From positions 112,122 through 176,121 of the forward strand of contig JAYZTT010000016.1 in the NCBI GenBank assembly GCA_036125855.1: a DNA stretch of 64,000 nucleotides. Reading direction: 5' to 3'. Shown here piece by piece: positions 32,582 through 43,776 of this stretch. The DNA is from Planctomycetota bacterium. Its GTDB lineage: Bacteria; Planctomycetota; UBA8108; UBA1146. Under the pieces are notes generated by a model. The model saw nothing but the letters and a program-made list of their open reading frames with translations, did no database searches and had not been told where the DNA came from. The translations under genes and the position numbers were made by a program. Position 1 is the stretch's first letter. Each line of letters opens with the position of its first letter.

Positions 32582-33223
32582 ATGAATGACGAGTTGATGC
32601 GTAAGGTCGATGAAATCCATGACAACCTCGTGCCCTTTGTGATCGAGAAGACCGGGCGTGGCGAGCGCTCCTATGACATCTTCTCGCGATTACTGAAGGA
32701 TCGAATTGTCTTCATCGGAGATGCCATCCACGACCACACTGCAAATCTGGTCATCGCCCAGATCTTGTTCCTTGTCTCTGACAACCGGAACCAGGACATC
32801 AACATCTACATCAACAGCCCAGGTGGATCGGTCACGGCGGGGTTGGCGATTTATGACACGATGCAATTCGTTCAGTGTGATATCGCCACCTTCTGCATCG
32901 GTCAGGCTTCCTCGATGGGAGCCGTCTTGCTGGCAGCAGGATCAGACGGTAAGCGCCATGCGTTGCCGCACTCGCGCATCATGATTCACCAGCCATGGGG
33001 TGGCGCACAGGGCACAGCGATGGACATCGAAATCCAGGCCAATGAGATCAAACGCAACAAGGAAGTCCTGTGTGAAATCCTGTCGCGACACACCGGCAAA
33101 GGCGCAGGCCAGATCGAAGATGATTCACACTGGGATTTCTTCATGTCGGCGGACGAGGCTCAGAATTACGGCCTGGTTGACCAGGTGATCGAATCTCTCA
33201 AGCCAGCGGCCAAGGCGACCTAG
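32582..33223 (+). CDS. clpP: ATP-dependent Clp protease proteolytic subunit
   Basis: [19 protein letters not shown], catalytic Ser in [11 protein letters not shown] and His in IMIHQP. Confidence 0.96.
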   Translation: MNDELMRKVDEIHDNLVPFVIEKTGRGERSYDIFSRLLKDRIVFIGDAIHDHTANLVIAQILFLVSDNRNQDINIYINSPGGSVTAGLAIYDTMQFVQCDIATFCIGQASSMGAVLLAAGSDGKRHALPHSRIMIHQPWGGAQGTAMDIEIQANEIKRNKEVLCEILSRHTGKGAGQIEDDSHWDFFMSADEAQNYGLVDQVIESLKPAAKAT

Positions 33224-33239
33224 GAAACCGGCGGTTCAG

Positions 33240-34664
33240 ATGGCAGATACGACCCAGGGATCGGGATCTTCTACAGGCCCACCACACCGTACTGAAAGCT
33301 GTAGTTTCTGCGGCAAGAATTCATCTGATGTTGCCCGGTTGATCGCCGGACCGCCCGGAGTCTACATCTGCAACGAGTGTGTCGATCTCTGCTATACCAT
33401 CGTAAACGAGGCCACCTTTGTTACCGATAGCTCTTCCGGCCCGCGCACCCTCGATGAGGTGCCGAGCCCCAGGGAGCTTTACGATGAGTTGCAGCGCTGG
33501 GTCATCGGGCAAGAGCAGGCGAAGCGCACCCTGGCGGTGGCGGTTCATCTTCATTTCCGACGCCTGGTTCACATCGCCGCTGAAGCGGATAGTTCCGATG
33601 AGGAAGACCCGGTACAGATCGAGAAGTCGAACATCCTGCTGATCGGACCCACAGGGAGCGGCAAGACCCTGATGGCGCGGACCCTGGCACAGCTACTCGA
33701 TGTTCCCTTTGCCATCGGCGATGCCACGACCCTCACCGAAGCTGGCTACGTCGGCGAAGACGTGGAGAACCTGCTGCTGAAGCTGGTGATGGCGGCTGAC
33801 TATGACATTGAAAAAGCCCAGCGCGGCATCATCTTTGTCGATGAGGTCGACAAGATCGGCAAGGCGACACAGAACGTATCGATCACCAGGGATGTTTCCG
33901 GAGAAGGAGTACAGCAGGCGCTGCTCAAGATTCTGGAAGGAACGGTGGCAAATATTCCACCGCAAGGTGGGCGCAAGCATCCCGAACAGCAATACATTCA
34001 GCTCGACACGACCAATATCCTGTTCATCTGTGGCGGAGCATTCGATGGCTTGCCGGAAATCATCGCCGAGAGACTCAACGCGAAGAAGGTTGGCTTTCGA
34101 AATGAAGATGATGAAAAAGCCCAGGATCGCGACGCCATCGACCTGGAGGATCTGCACGAGAGAGCGCGTCTCTTCTCTCATGCTGGGGTCCAGGATCTGT
34201 TGCGTTACGGCATGATCCCCGAGTTCGTGGGACGCTTGCCGGTGATCACCTCCTTGCAACCGCTCGACGATGAAGACCTGGTGCGAGTGCTTACCGAACC
34301 GAGGAACGCCCTGGTTCGTCAGTATCGCGAGTTTTTCCGGATGGAGGGGGGAGACCTCGAGTTCACTCCCGCCGCATTGCAAGAGATTGCGAAGATAGCG
34401 CGTCGGCGCGGTACAGGAGCGCGCGGATTGCGTTCCGTGATCGAAGATCTGATGCGCGACATCATCTTCGACGTCAGTGGCAAGGAAATCCGAGGCATGA
34501 AGGTCGTGGTCGATGAACAGCAGGTGCTATCCCTGGGAGATGACTCATCTACGACAGAAGCCCTTCGGTTGGAGCCCGTGGCAGATGAAGCGCCGAGCAC
34601 CCCTGAACCCCAGCCCGATGTGGACGTCGACGATGAAGCCTCCCCGGGCGAATCTGCGGCGTAA
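33240..34664 (+). CDS. clpX: ATP-dependent Clp protease ATP-binding subunit ClpX
   Basis: Zinc-binding CSFCGK...ICNECVDLC, Walker A GPTGSGKT, Walker [11 protein letters not shown] and the pore loop GYVGEDVE. Confidence 0.96.
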   Translation: MADTTQGSGSSTGPPHRTESCSFCGKNSSDVARLIAGPPGVYICNECVDLCYTIVNEATFVTDSSSGPRTLDEVPSPRELYDELQRWVIGQEQAKRTLAVAVHLHFRRLVHIAAEADSSDEEDPVQIEKSNILLIGPTGSGKTLMARTLAQLLDVPFAIGDATTLTEAGYVGEDVENLLLKLVMAADYDIEKAQRGIIFVDEVDKIGKATQNVSITRDVSGEGVQQALLKILEGTVANIPPQGGRKHPEQQYIQLDTTNILFICGGAFDGLPEIIAERLNAKKVGFRNEDDEKAQDRDAIDLEDLHERARLFSHAGVQDLLRYGMIPEFVGRLPVITSLQPLDDEDLVRVLTEPRNALVRQYREFFRMEGGDLEFTPAALQEIAKIARRRGTGARGLRSVIEDLMRDIIFDVSGKEIRGMKVVVDEQQVLSLGDDSSTTEALRLEPVADEAPSTPEPQPDVDVDDEASPGESAA

Positions 34665-34687
34665 CGGAATCGATTCTCCGGCGAGCG

Positions 34688-36259
34688 TTATTTCGCGCCG
34701 ATCACCCGCCAGGGTTGAACCGGTTTGCTTTTCCCCTTGAGGGGCATCGTTTTCAGCTGTTCGAGCTGGAACTCGTCAGCACAGAGCGCCGCTGTTTTCG
34801 GTCCGATCACCACCTCGCCGGATTGAGCAACTTGCGATTCCAATCGACTGGCAGTATTCACCGTATCGCCGATCACGGTGTAATCGCTGCGTAGCTTCGA
34901 TCCGATATCTCCAACGACTGCAGGGCCAGAGTTGATGCCAATTCTCATGCTGAGGGGCGGCCTGTCGGGGTGCTGGTCTGCCATTTCTTGCAGCCGTTTC
35001 TGCATGGCGATTCCGGTGCGGATGGCCCTGGCTGCGTGGTCATCTTGTTCCTCGGGGGCACCGAAGAACGCGATGAGGGCATCTCCGATGTACTTGTCGA
35101 GAGTGCCGTCCTGGTCAAAGACTTCGGCGGTCAATGTCTCAAACAATTCGTTGAGAAGGTCGACCACCTCCCGGGGCGCGAGCTTTTCCGACATCGAGGT
35201 GAAGCCGACCAGGTCAGCAAAGAGAACCGTGATTTCCGCCTCCTTGGACCCCAGCTCTGCTTCCCCCGCGATGACCTTCTCGACCACGTTGGGCGACAGG
35301 CGACAGGAGAGCTGTTCGCGCCTGCGCTTTTCTTCCTTCACCGATTGGTGAAGACGAAACTGTTCCAGAGCACTGGAGACCATCAAGGCCAGTACCGAGA
35401 TGATTCCCAGATGGTTGGAGGTCAGGCTTTTTTTCGAATCAACGCAGTCGACGTAGATGATCCCGACCACCTCGTTGCCGGAAACGAGTGGGGCGCACAT
35501 CGCGGACTGGATATGCATCTGAACGATGCTATGGGCGACAGCGAGGTCTTCCATGCTTCCCGTGTCTCGGATCAATACGGCTGCTCGATCCTCCATCACC
35601 TGTTTGGCGATGGTCCGCGAAATTTGCATCGGCCGATTTGAGTCCAGACCTCCTTTTGCCTGGGTGGCATGAGGTACCAGCTGTCCATCCTCTTTCAGGC
35701 TCAGAAATCCCCGATCAACAGGAAGAGAACGAAGCGCAAGTCCGACAGCACCCGCGGTCACCTCGGAAAGTTCCGAACCGGTAAGCAGTGTCTCGGCGGC
35801 ATTCTGAAACAGCTCCAGCGCGACTCCGAGACCCTCCTGGCTCTGGCCGACCTCACCTGCTCCCAGGGTCATCGGGAAGCTGCTCTGGAAATCATCGATG
35901 ATGAGGGAATCGAGTACTCCTTGTTCGGGCCGATCGTCCGTCAGCCGGACATCGAGGGAGGAACCCTCCAGCGAATCGACCAGGATGGACACGTTTCCAA
36001 GACGCAAGACCATGCCGGAGTGCAGGGTGATCGATTTGATGGGGCGATTGTTAGCGAAGACTCCATTTCTGCTGTTGAGGTCTTCCAGCACAAAGGAATC
36101 ACCCTGCTTGAGGATCTGGGCGTGGTTCCTCGAAATGGTGTCGTCCGTGATCTGGATATCACATTCCTCGGTGCGTCCGATGATCGACTTCTCCGCTTCC
36201 AGCAGGTGCTGATGGTCGCCGAGTGAGTCGCGAAACCGTAAGGATATGGAAGCGGACAT
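34688..36259 (-). CDS. FHA-GAF-class III adenylate/guanylate cyclase
   Basis: The FHA domain reads IIGRTEECDIQITDDTISRNHAQI...NSRNGVF and a central GAF-like region follows. The cyclase core reads VLFADLVGFTSMSE, KYIGDALIAFFGAP and IGDTVNTASRLES. Start at ATG 36259; the longer ORF would overlap rpmE2. Confidence 0.85.
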   Translation of the reverse strand: MSASISLRFRDSLGDHQHLLEAEKSIIGRTEECDIQITDDTISRNHAQILKQGDSFVLEDLNSRNGVFANNRPIKSITLHSGMVLRLGNVSILVDSLEGSSLDVRLTDDRPEQGVLDSLIIDDFQSSFPMTLGAGEVGQSQEGLGVALELFQNAAETLLTGSELSEVTAGAVGLALRSLPVDRGFLSLKEDGQLVPHATQAKGGLDSNRPMQISRTIAKQVMEDRAAVLIRDTGSMEDLAVAHSIVQMHIQSAMCAPLVSGNEVVGIIYVDCVDSKKSLTSNHLGIISVLALMVSSALEQFRLHQSVKEEKRRREQLSCRLSPNVVEKVIAGEAELGSKEAEITVLFADLVGFTSMSEKLAPREVVDLLNELFETLTAEVFDQDGTLDKYIGDALIAFFGAPEEQDDHAARAIRTGIAMQKRLQEMADQHPDRPPLSMRIGINSGPAVVGDIGSKLRSDYTVIGDTVNTASRLESQVAQSGEVVIGPKTAALCADEFQLEQLKTMPLKGKSKPVQPWRVIGAK

Positions 36260-36541
36260 AAAAGGCCCTTTCCGGCGCAATGTTAGGGGATTCTGGTCGA
36301 CTGGGCCATATTGAACCCCCCAGTCTCTTGCCATATCGGTCGCGCTTCCCTTGCAGTGAGGGGCTGAGATTCGTACGATTCCAGGTCGTGCCAGTTCTGC
36401 CAGGACCCCGGGGTCGATTGCCAGACTCTGAGTGTCTGGGGGCCAGGCGAGGTTGCAGGACCCCACACCCCGAGGCTGCGTGTGTAGCCGGTGATGGGAC
36501 ATCTTTTGCGGCTGTAGTGTTGTCGACCGGAGATTGATGGA

Positions 36542-37378
36542 ATGAAAAAGAAGATTCACCCCGATAGTTATCGCCTTGTTGTCTTCCAGGATAGCAATGC
36601 GGAGTTTGCGTTTCTTACCCGCTCGACGGTCCATACCAGCGATACGATCAAGTGGGAAGACGGAAACGAGTACCCGCTCTTCAAGCTAGACATCTCCAGC
36701 GCCTCCCATCCTTTCTATACCGGCAAGCAGACCTACGTGGATGCTGCGGGTCGCGTCGAGAAGTTCCAGAAGCGGTTCGATTGGAAATCAGGCAAGGCTG
36801 CTGAGGTCATCAACCAGGCTGACGAGGCCCGGATCGAAAAGCACCGCAAGCAACTTGAAAAAGAAGAGTCGGTCCGTAAAGAAGCAGCTGAACGCAAGTC
36901 TGCAAGAGAAGAACGCCGCAAGAACATCCTCGAGAGCAAAAAGAAAAAGTATGAAGAAGAGGCTGCTGCCAAGGAGGCAGAAGAGGCTGCTGCCAAGGAA
37001 GCGGCTGCCAAGGAAGCTGCTGCCAAGGAAGCTACTGCAAAAGATGCGCCGGCTGCCAAGGCTCCTGCTAAAGAGGCCGCCGCCGACGATGCACCCGCTG
37101 CCGAGGCTCCTGCTAAAGAGGCCGCCGCAGACGATGCACCCGCCGCCGAGGCTCCTGCTAAAGAGGCTGCCGCCGACGATGCACCCGCTGCCGAGGCTCC
37201 TGCAGAAGAGGCTGCCGCCGATGATGCACCCGCCGCTGAGGCTCCTGCCGAAGACGCGGCTACCGATGAAGCTCCCGCTGAAGAGGCAGCCACAGACGAT
37301 GCCGCTGCAGAAGCCCCGGAAGCTGATTCTGGCACCGAAGAGGACTCGCAGGAGAAGCCTGCCGACTCTGATTCTTAA
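36542..37378 (+). CDS. rpmE2: 50S ribosomal protein L31 type B with a ~190-aa Ala/Glu/Lys-rich C-terminal extension
   Basis: The N-terminal ~80 aa, [17 protein letters not shown]...[28 protein letters not shown], is an L31 without the CxxC motif (type B). A low-complexity tail follows in the same ORF. Confidence 0.8.
   Translation: MKKKIHPDSYRLVVFQDSNAEFAFLTRSTVHTSDTIKWEDGNEYPLFKLDISSASHPFYTGKQTYVDAAGRVEKFQKRFDWKSGKAAEVINQADEARIEKHRKQLEKEESVRKEAAERKSAREERRKNILESKKKKYEEEAAAKEAEEAAAKEAAAKEAAAKEATAKDAPAAKAPAKEAAADDAPAAEAPAKEAAADDAPAAEAPAKEAAADDAPAAEAPAEEAAADDAPAAEAPAEDAATDEAPAEEAATDDAAAEAPEADSGTEEDSQEKPADSDS
37061..37285 (+). repeat. In-frame 45-bp tandem repeat (about 4 good copies plus 1 degenerate) inside the rpmE2 tail
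   Basis: The unit gctcctgctaaagaggccgccgccgacgatgcacccgctgccgag ([15 protein letters not shown]) starts at 37061, 37106, 37151 and 37196, with a decayed copy at 37241. Shorter gctgccaaggaa repeats lie upstream. Confidence 0.85.
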
Positions 37379-37393
37379 TTCCGTTACTCTGGT

Positions 37394-37440
37394 GAGGGCC
37401 GGTGTGAGGCACGAGGTGCCTTTCTCCGGCCCTCGTTTTC
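37394..37440 (+). terminator. Putative intrinsic terminator after rpmE2
   Basis: The arms GAGGGCCGG (37394-37402) and CCGGCCCTC (37426-37434) enclose an inner GGCAC/GTGCC pairing and are followed by GTTTTC. Confidence 0.45.
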
Positions 37441-37492
37441 ATCGCGGGTTCGGGAATTTCCCGCACCTGTCCTTTTTTTGAGGAGTGGATCG

Positions 37493-38614
37493 ATGGCGGC
37501 CGCTGACAAGGACACAGCTGATTTCCTCGAAAAGCCGATAGAGGGCCGCCTGGCTGATCGCTTGCAGGCGCTCGAGATGCGTTATGTCGAGCTGGAACAA
37601 TTGATCGGGGATCCGGAACAGCAGGCTGATCGGGCACGCTTTCAGGAAATGCTGCAAGAGCACGGCACAGCATCGGTCATGGTTGGACTGTATCGCGAGT
37701 ATTGCAAGATCGTCGCGGGTCTGGAGGAAGCCCGAACCATCATCGAAAGCGGTGAAGACGAAGATCTTCAAGAGCTGGCCCAGCTGGAGCTGGTGGATCT
37801 GACGGCGCAACAGGCATCCCAGGCACGGGCGGTACGGATGAACATTCTCGACCAGCAGGTCGAGGGCGGAGATGATTGCATATTTGAAGTTCGCGCCGGA
37901 ACCGGTGGCGACGAGGCGGCGCTGTTCGTCGCCGATGTTTTCAAGATGTACAGCCTCTACTCCGAGAAGAAACGCTGGAAGATCGAGGTCCTGAGCGAGA
38001 GCGCTACCGACCTGGGCGGATACAAGGAGATCACCTTCGCGGTCAGGGGTAAGGGTGCATTTTCACGACTCTGCTTCGAGTCGGGAGGACACCGGGTTCA
38101 GCGAGTTCCCTCAACAGAAGCGCAGGGACGTATCCACACCTCGGCGATCACGGTGGCAGTGATGCAGGAGGCAGAAGAAGCAGAGATTGAAATTGAAGAG
38201 AAGGACCTCCGAATTGACACCTTCTGCGCTTCTGGTCCCGGCGGCCAGTCCGTCAACAAAACCTCGAGTGCCGTTCGTATCACCCACACTCCCACCGGGG
38301 TTGTGGTTTCGATGCAGGATGAAAAATCCCAGCATCGCAATCGAGATAAAGCGATGAGGTTGCTAAAAACGCGCCTCAAGGAGCTCCAGGATCGCAAGAA
38401 GAGAGAGGAAGAAGATGCCTTGCGTCGTTCTCTCATCGGATCGGGAGATCGAAGTGATCGCATCCGAACTTACAATTTTCCACAGAACCGCATCACTGAC
38501 CATCGAATCAACTGCACCTTGTACAACCTCGATCGATTCATGTTGGGGGATATCGAGGAGATGGTCGACAGGCTCGACGCTCATGATCGTGAAGAGCGGG
38601 TCCAGGCTCTTTAA
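37493..38614 (+). CDS. prfA: Peptide chain release factor 1
   Basis: RF1 tripeptide region [17 protein letters not shown] and the GGQ motif [21 protein letters not shown] 37493 is preceded by AGGAGTGG. Confidence 0.95.
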   Translation: MAAADKDTADFLEKPIEGRLADRLQALEMRYVELEQLIGDPEQQADRARFQEMLQEHGTASVMVGLYREYCKIVAGLEEARTIIESGEDEDLQELAQLELVDLTAQQASQARAVRMNILDQQVEGGDDCIFEVRAGTGGDEAALFVADVFKMYSLYSEKKRWKIEVLSESATDLGGYKEITFAVRGKGAFSRLCFESGGHRVQRVPSTEAQGRIHTSAITVAVMQEAEEAEIEIEEKDLRIDTFCASGPGGQSVNKTSSAVRITHTPTGVVVSMQDEKSQHRNRDKAMRLLKTRLKELQDRKKREEEDALRRSLIGSGDRSDRIRTYNFPQNRITDHRINCTLYNLDRFMLGDIEEMVDRLDAHDREERVQAL

Positions 38615-39461
38615 GGTGTCAGAACAAAAACTCTCGTCGATAAAACTTCTCAAGCAAGCACAGGAATCCCTGGTCGACTCCGATGCTCCGCATCTGGATG
38701 CACGATGGATTCTGGCACACGTTCTGGAGAGGGATCACCGCGATGCTGCGCTGCGGTCGGAGCTGTGGCTTGGCACCGAGGAAGTGCGCTTGTTTGACGA
38801 GCTGTTGAAGAGACGAGCTGGCGGAGAACCGCTCGCCTACATCCTCAACGAATGGGAATTTTACGGCAACCGGATCGAGGTAACCCCCGCAGTGCTGGTG
38901 CCGCGGGCGGAGACGGAGCTGCTGGTGGAGTGGGCTCTTGAGCTGCTGGCTCCGATCCCGTCGCCGCGAGTGGCGGAAATTGGGGTCGGCTCTGGAGCCG
39001 TGGCAGTGGCTCTGGCGGTCGAGCGAGAGGACCTGTCACTGGTTGGCGTTGAAATCTCAGGAGAAGCGCTGGAGGTTGCCGATCGAAATGTCCATCAACA
39101 TGGGCTGGCGGATCGAGTTGACCTACGTCCGGGCAGTCACTTTGAGGCGCTGGATGGGGAATTCGAGCTGATCGTTGCCAATCCTCCCTACATCGCCGTT
39201 GGCGATCCCCTTGTGCAGGAAAGTGTGGCTCGGCATGAACCGGCCATCGCCCTGATCGACAACCTGGCCGGGGATGGCCTTGGCCATCACCGGGCTCTCA
39301 TCGAAGGATTTCGGGCCCATGTGAGCCCTGGCGCTGCCCTGTTGCTGGAATGTGGGTTTGACCAGGCTTCATCCATCGAGCAGTTCGCCAGCGAAAAGGG
39401 AATGAAAAGCAGTTCACGAGCCGATCTCGCAGGAATCCCCCGTGTGGTCCAGATCCGGTGA
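38583..39461 (+). CDS. prmC: Release-factor glutamine N5-methyltransferase
   Basis: [27 protein letters not shown], the SAM motif [11 protein letters not shown] and the catalytic IVANPPYI. Start ambiguous: either ATG 38583 or GTG 38616 directly after the prfA stop. Confidence 0.85.
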   Translation: MIVKSGSRLFKVSEQKLSSIKLLKQAQESLVDSDAPHLDARWILAHVLERDHRDAALRSELWLGTEEVRLFDELLKRRAGGEPLAYILNEWEFYGNRIEVTPAVLVPRAETELLVEWALELLAPIPSPRVAEIGVGSGAVAVALAVEREDLSLVGVEISGEALEVADRNVHQHGLADRVDLRPGSHFEALDGEFELIVANPPYIAVGDPLVQESVARHEPAIALIDNLAGDGLGHHRALIEGFRAHVSPGAALLLECGFDQASSIEQFASEKGMKSSSRADLAGIPRVVQIR

Positions 39462-39590
39462 AAAACTGATTCCGAGCCGATTCGGATCGCTGGCGACCTT
39501 CCGTTGTTGAAGCGGCGTTGACACTTCGATCAGATCGAGCAGAATCGTAGTCTCGCCGTCGAGCGCCGAGCGTCGGGGAAAGGCTCTGTT

Positions 39591-40919
39591 GTGGACATAT
39601 TCCGCATCCAAGGAGGGAACCGCCTCAGTGGTTCCGTCAAGATATCCGGATCGAAGAACGGGGCATTGCCCGTACTCTTTGCCAGCCTTCTTTGTGATGG
39701 TCCGGTAGAGCTGCGCAATGTTCCGACCCAGCTGCGCGATATCAGAACCTCTCTGAAAATCCTCGAAACCCTCGGAGCGGTTTCAACGGTTGGCGATGAT
39801 GGGGCAGTCAGTCTTCAGGTTCACGATTCATCCTCGACTCAGGCGGACTACGAGCTGGTGAGAGCGATGCGTGCCTCCATCTGCTGTCTGGGTCCGCTGC
39901 TGGCGCGCAGGGGTGAGGCGCACGTATCACTTCCTGGAGGCTGTAGCATCGGGGACCGTCCCGTCGAGTTGCACACTCGTGGGATGGAAGCTCTGGGTGC
40001 CCAGGTCAGCATCGAAAATGGCTACGTGGTCGCTCGCGCCGACCGGTTGATCGGAAATACCGTTTACCTCTCCGGGCCGATGGGCTCAACCGTTCTGGGA
40101 ACCCAGAACGTGATGATGGCTGCTGTCGGAGCTGAGGGAGAAACCGTCATCGAGGGGGCTGCCTGCGAACCAGAGGTTCAGGCGACGGCAGGTTTTTTGA
40201 GAGCGATGGGTGTCGCCATCGAGGGCGATGGAACTCCTGTGATCCGGATCGAGGGACGGGGTCGACTCGACCAAGGAGGAGGCCTGGGCGGGGGCAGCTT
40301 CGGCATTCCCCCCGATCGCATCGAAACCGGCACCTATCTGTTAGCCGGGGCGGTGGCCGCGGATGAAGTGACCGTTGAAGGATGCAACCCTTCCGAGAAT
40401 CTCGCATTACTGGATCTACTGGAACGCATCGGTGTCTCCGTTGAGGTGGGGACTTCCACGATGTCGGTTCGAGGAGTTGAGTCGGTTTCTCCGGTGGATG
40501 TTTCGATGTTGCCCTATCCCGCGTTTCCGACCGATCTTCAGGGTCCGCTGATGGCGCTGTTGTGCCTTGGCAGGGGTGTCAGTCTCATCACGGACAAGGT
40601 CTTCCCCGATCGTTTCAACCACCTTTCCGAGATGCGTCGCTTTGGCGCCAAGGTACGCAAGGAGGGCCCTACCGCCATCATCGAGGGGGGAGCCCCTCTG
40701 TCGGGCGCGCAGGTGATGGCCAGTGATTTGAGAGCCAGTGCCTGCCTGGTGCTGGCCGGCCTGGTGGCAGATGGCGAGACGATTGTGAATCGCATCTACC
40801 ATCTCGACCGAGGCTATGAGCGGATGGAACAAAAACTGCGAATGCTTGGCGCTCAAGTGGAGCGACAATCAGAGAAGGAGCTCGAAGAGGACCGCGAAAT
40901 GGAATTGGCGCAGGGGTAG
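39591..40919 (+). CDS. murA: UDP-N-acetylglucosamine 1-carboxyvinyltransferase
   Basis: IQGGNRLSGSVKISGSKNGALP, the active-site LPGGCSIGDRPVELH and the C-terminal IYHLDRGYERMEQKL. GTG start. Confidence 0.95.
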   Translation: MDIFRIQGGNRLSGSVKISGSKNGALPVLFASLLCDGPVELRNVPTQLRDIRTSLKILETLGAVSTVGDDGAVSLQVHDSSSTQADYELVRAMRASICCLGPLLARRGEAHVSLPGGCSIGDRPVELHTRGMEALGAQVSIENGYVVARADRLIGNTVYLSGPMGSTVLGTQNVMMAAVGAEGETVIEGAACEPEVQATAGFLRAMGVAIEGDGTPVIRIEGRGRLDQGGGLGGGSFGIPPDRIETGTYLLAGAVAADEVTVEGCNPSENLALLDLLERIGVSVEVGTSTMSVRGVESVSPVDVSMLPYPAFPTDLQGPLMALLCLGRGVSLITDKVFPDRFNHLSEMRRFGAKVRKEGPTAIIEGGAPLSGAQVMASDLRASACLVLAGLVADGETIVNRIYHLDRGYERMEQKLRMLGAQVERQSEKELEEDREMELAQG

Positions 40920-40921
40920 CG

Positions 40922-42442
40922 ATGCTGGAAGGGCTTACCAGACGATTTTCGGACATCGTTGCTGGCCTTCGCGGCAGCAAGATCACCGAGGCGGTCGTCA
41001 AGGAGACGGGGCGTGAAATTCGCCGAGCACTTCTCGAGGCAGATGCGGCCCTGCCAGTCGTCAAGGATTTCGAGAAGCGTGTTCGAGAAGCGGCGCTCGG
41101 CGCCGAGGTGATCGAAGGCGTTGACGCCGGACAGATGTATACCAAGGTCGTTCAGGATGAACTGACCGCCTTGATGGGGCCGGTAGATCACGAGCTGTCG
41201 TATCGATCAAAGGGCCCGACCGTGGTGCTCCTTTCCGGCTTGCAGGGAAGTGGTAAGACCACTACCTGTGCAAAATTAGCCGTTTATCTACGAGACCGTA
41301 AAAAGCGCAAGCCGATGATGGTTGCTGCAGATCTGCAACGTCCAGCAGCCATCGAGCAGTTGAAGGTGCTGGGGCGACAGATCGATGTCCCGGTCTTCCA
41401 CCAGGAAGGGATGACACCTCCAGAGGTCTGTGCTGCGGCGCTGGAAGAGGCGAAGAAGCTCAAACTCGACGTCGTTCTGCTGGATACTGCTGGCCGTTTG
41501 CATGTCGACGAAGAGCTGATGGGTGAGCTGAAGAAAATCGCCGGCAAGACCAAGCCTGACGAGGTGTTTTTCGTCTGCGATTCGATGACGGGCCAGGATG
41601 CCGTCAAGTCTGCGGAGGCTTTCTCGGAGTCTCTTTCTTTGACCGGAGTCATCCTGACCAAGCTGGATGGTGATGCCCGAGGAGGGGCGGCACTTTCCGT
41701 CAAAGCGATCACGGGCAAGCCGATCAAATTTGTCGGGGTCGGCGAAAAGCTGGACCGACTCGATGAGTTTCATCCAGATCGGATGGCGTCACGAATCCTG
41801 GGTATGGGAGACGTGGTTAGCCTGGTCGATCGAGCCCAGTCTGTCATCGATGAAAAAGAACAAGAAGAGATGCAGGAGAAACTCCTTGAGGCGAAATTCG
41901 ACCTTGAGGACTTTCTATCGCAGTTACGCCAGATCAAGAAAATGGGAGGGCTCAAGGATCTGCTCTCCCACCTGCCCGGGATCGGTGGCCGACTCGATGA
42001 GCTAGATGTTCAGGGTGATGAGATCGTGATCGTGGAGAGCATCATCCAGTCGATGACGAAACAGGAACGTCAGCGACCCGAGATTCTCAACACCAACCGT
42101 CGACGCCGCGTCGCAGCCGGAGCCGGTCGCAAGATGGAAGAGGTCACCGGGCTGTTGCGCCAGTTCAAGCAGATGCAGGGAATGATGCAGCAGATGAAGA
42201 AGCAGCAGGGCTTTTTCGGCAAGCTCAAGGGAATGCGGGAGATGAAGGATGCGATCTCCGAGTCGGCAGATCCATCGGCACCGTCGATCCCCGGAATGCC
42301 TCCTGGATTACCAGGAATGCCCCCCGCGCTGGGGCCTGGCCCGGCAGGGCCGGGAAAGAAGCGTGAGGGCCCATCCAGGGATGAAAGGCGCAAAAAGCGC
42401 AAGATGGAGCGCCAGAGGCGCAAAAATTCACGTCGCAAATAG
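40922..42442 (+). CDS. ffh: Signal recognition particle protein Ffh
   Basis: GLQGSGKTTTCAKLA, LLDTAGRL, TKLDGDARGGAALS and a Met-rich M domain, with a basic Lys/Arg tail. Confidence 0.96.
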   Translation: MLEGLTRRFSDIVAGLRGSKITEAVVKETGREIRRALLEADAALPVVKDFEKRVREAALGAEVIEGVDAGQMYTKVVQDELTALMGPVDHELSYRSKGPTVVLLSGLQGSGKTTTCAKLAVYLRDRKKRKPMMVAADLQRPAAIEQLKVLGRQIDVPVFHQEGMTPPEVCAAALEEAKKLKLDVVLLDTAGRLHVDEELMGELKKIAGKTKPDEVFFVCDSMTGQDAVKSAEAFSESLSLTGVILTKLDGDARGGAALSVKAITGKPIKFVGVGEKLDRLDEFHPDRMASRILGMGDVVSLVDRAQSVIDEKEQEEMQEKLLEAKFDLEDFLSQLRQIKKMGGLKDLLSHLPGIGGRLDELDVQGDEIVIVESIIQSMTKQERQRPEILNTNRRRRVAAGAGRKMEEVTGLLRQFKQMQGMMQQMKKQQGFFGKLKGMREMKDAISESADPSAPSIPGMPPGLPGMPPALGPGPAGPGKKREGPSRDERRKKRKMERQRRKNSRRK

Positions 42443-42631
42443 CAGCAAAATCGCCAGAGATGACCCGAATATGGGCCAGAATTCACTCCAGCGCTGTTGA
42501 TGGATCTGGGCCTCCCCTGTAACCTCACTCCTTCCCCCTGGATGGGGGGATTGCTGTAATGAGGCTTGTTTGCCTCTGATTTCGGTTCCTCGTCCGGAAT
42601 TCCCGGATTTGTAAGGCTGGAGAAAGTAGAC

Positions 42632-42934
42632 ATGGCGGTTGCTATCCGTCTCAAGCGCTGTGGAAGGAAGCATCGCCCCTTCTACCGCATTGAAGCGATA
42701 GAAAAGCGGAACGCACGTGGCGGCCGCTCTCTGGAAAATTTGGGCTGGTACGATCCTCTGGTCGATGATGCCCAGAAGCGCGTCAAGCTTCATGTCGATC
42801 GCATTCAACACTGGATTGATCATGGTGCGCGTCCAAGCGACACCGTGACCTCCTTTTTGCGAAAGTCGGAAGTCAAGTGGGGTACAGGCAAGAAGAGTCG
42901 CCGCTCCCAACAACGCGCGAACAAGAAAAAGTAG
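42632..42934 (+). CDS. rpsP: 30S ribosomal protein S16
   Basis: MAVAIRLKRCGRKHRPFYRIEAIEKRNARGGRSLENLGWYDPL. ATG 42632 is preceded by GGAGAAAG. Confidence 0.93.
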   Translation: MAVAIRLKRCGRKHRPFYRIEAIEKRNARGGRSLENLGWYDPLVDDAQKRVKLHVDRIQHWIDHGARPSDTVTSFLRKSEVKWGTGKKSRRSQQRANKKK

Positions 42935-42975
42935 GGCGGCCCAGCCGCCTGAGGAACCTGGATCCGGAGTAGCCG

Positions 42976-43776
42976 GTGCAGATCGACATCTTGACGATCT
43001 TCCCCAGTTTCTTTGATCAGTTCCTGCGTCACGGGATGGTCCGAATTGCACGTCGGCTTGGCCGACTTGAGGTTCGGGTTATCGATTTGAGGTCCTTTTC
43101 GGAGGATCGTCATCGAACGGTGGATGATCGCCCTTATGGCGGTGGCCCGGGAATGCTCCTGAAGCCGGAGCCGGTTTTCCGGGCGATGGACATGCTCGGA
43201 CTGGAGCCTGGCCAGGACCCACCGCCGGGGACATGGCCTCTTCTGATGTGCCCGCAGGGTCAGAAGATGAGGCAGAGCGATCTGGAGGATTTTTCCAGCG
43301 CACAGCGCCTGGTGATTCTCTGTGGTCGGTACGAAGGTTACGACGAACGCATTGTCGAGGCCTATCGGTGGAAGCGGGTCTCCCTGGGAGATTACGTTCT
43401 TTCCGGTGGTGAGGTTGCGGCGATGGCGATTATCGAAGGTGCGGTCCGGTTGTTGCCGGGCGTGCTGGGAGATGAAGAATCCGCATTGCGCGATTCCTTC
43501 AACGAGTGGGCGGGGCCTGAAGGCTTCGATCACGCACACTGGACGCGTCCGCCCCAGTACCGGGGGCGGGGGGTTCCGGAGATCCTGCTCAGCGGCGATC
43601 ACGGGGCCATCGAGAAGTGGCGGCGAGAGAGCTCCGAACGACATGGTTCGGGTCGTCGTGAGTCGCACAATATGGAGCGACAGAACAGAAATTCCGGCAA
43701 CGATCCGGATGGTCAGCTAGATGGCACTCCGCACGGCGGAGTCGCGGGAGAAGAAGATGTCGAACAAGATCACTGA
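42976..43776 (+). CDS. trmD: tRNA (guanine37-N1)-methyltransferase
   Basis: [39 protein letters not shown] and [18 protein letters not shown] start. Acidic C-terminal extension overlaps the rplS start. Confidence 0.92.
   Translation: MQIDILTIFPSFFDQFLRHGMVRIARRLGRLEVRVIDLRSFSEDRHRTVDDRPYGGGPGMLLKPEPVFRAMDMLGLEPGQDPPPGTWPLLMCPQGQKMRQSDLEDFSSAQRLVILCGRYEGYDERIVEAYRWKRVSLGDYVLSGGEVAAMAIIEGAVRLLPGVLGDEESALRDSFNEWAGPEGFDHAHWTRPPQYRGRGVPEILLSGDHGAIEKWRRESSERHGSGRRESHNMERQNRNSGNDPDGQLDGTPHGGVAGEEDVEQDH

Noticed and set aside
36260-36634. 125-codon N-terminal extension of the cyclase ORF (start at 36634).
   Set aside because: It would overlap the rpmE2 start and has non-protein-like sequence. The FHA domain begins right after ATG 36259.
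36733-37481. Alternative-frame ORFs across the rpmE2 tail (36733..37335 minus, 36741..37481 plus), and the idea that the 45-bp repeats are a CRISPR-like array.
   Set aside because: The repeats are directly tandem with no spacers and are in frame with the L31 core. The other frames are low-complexity artefacts of the GC-rich repeat.
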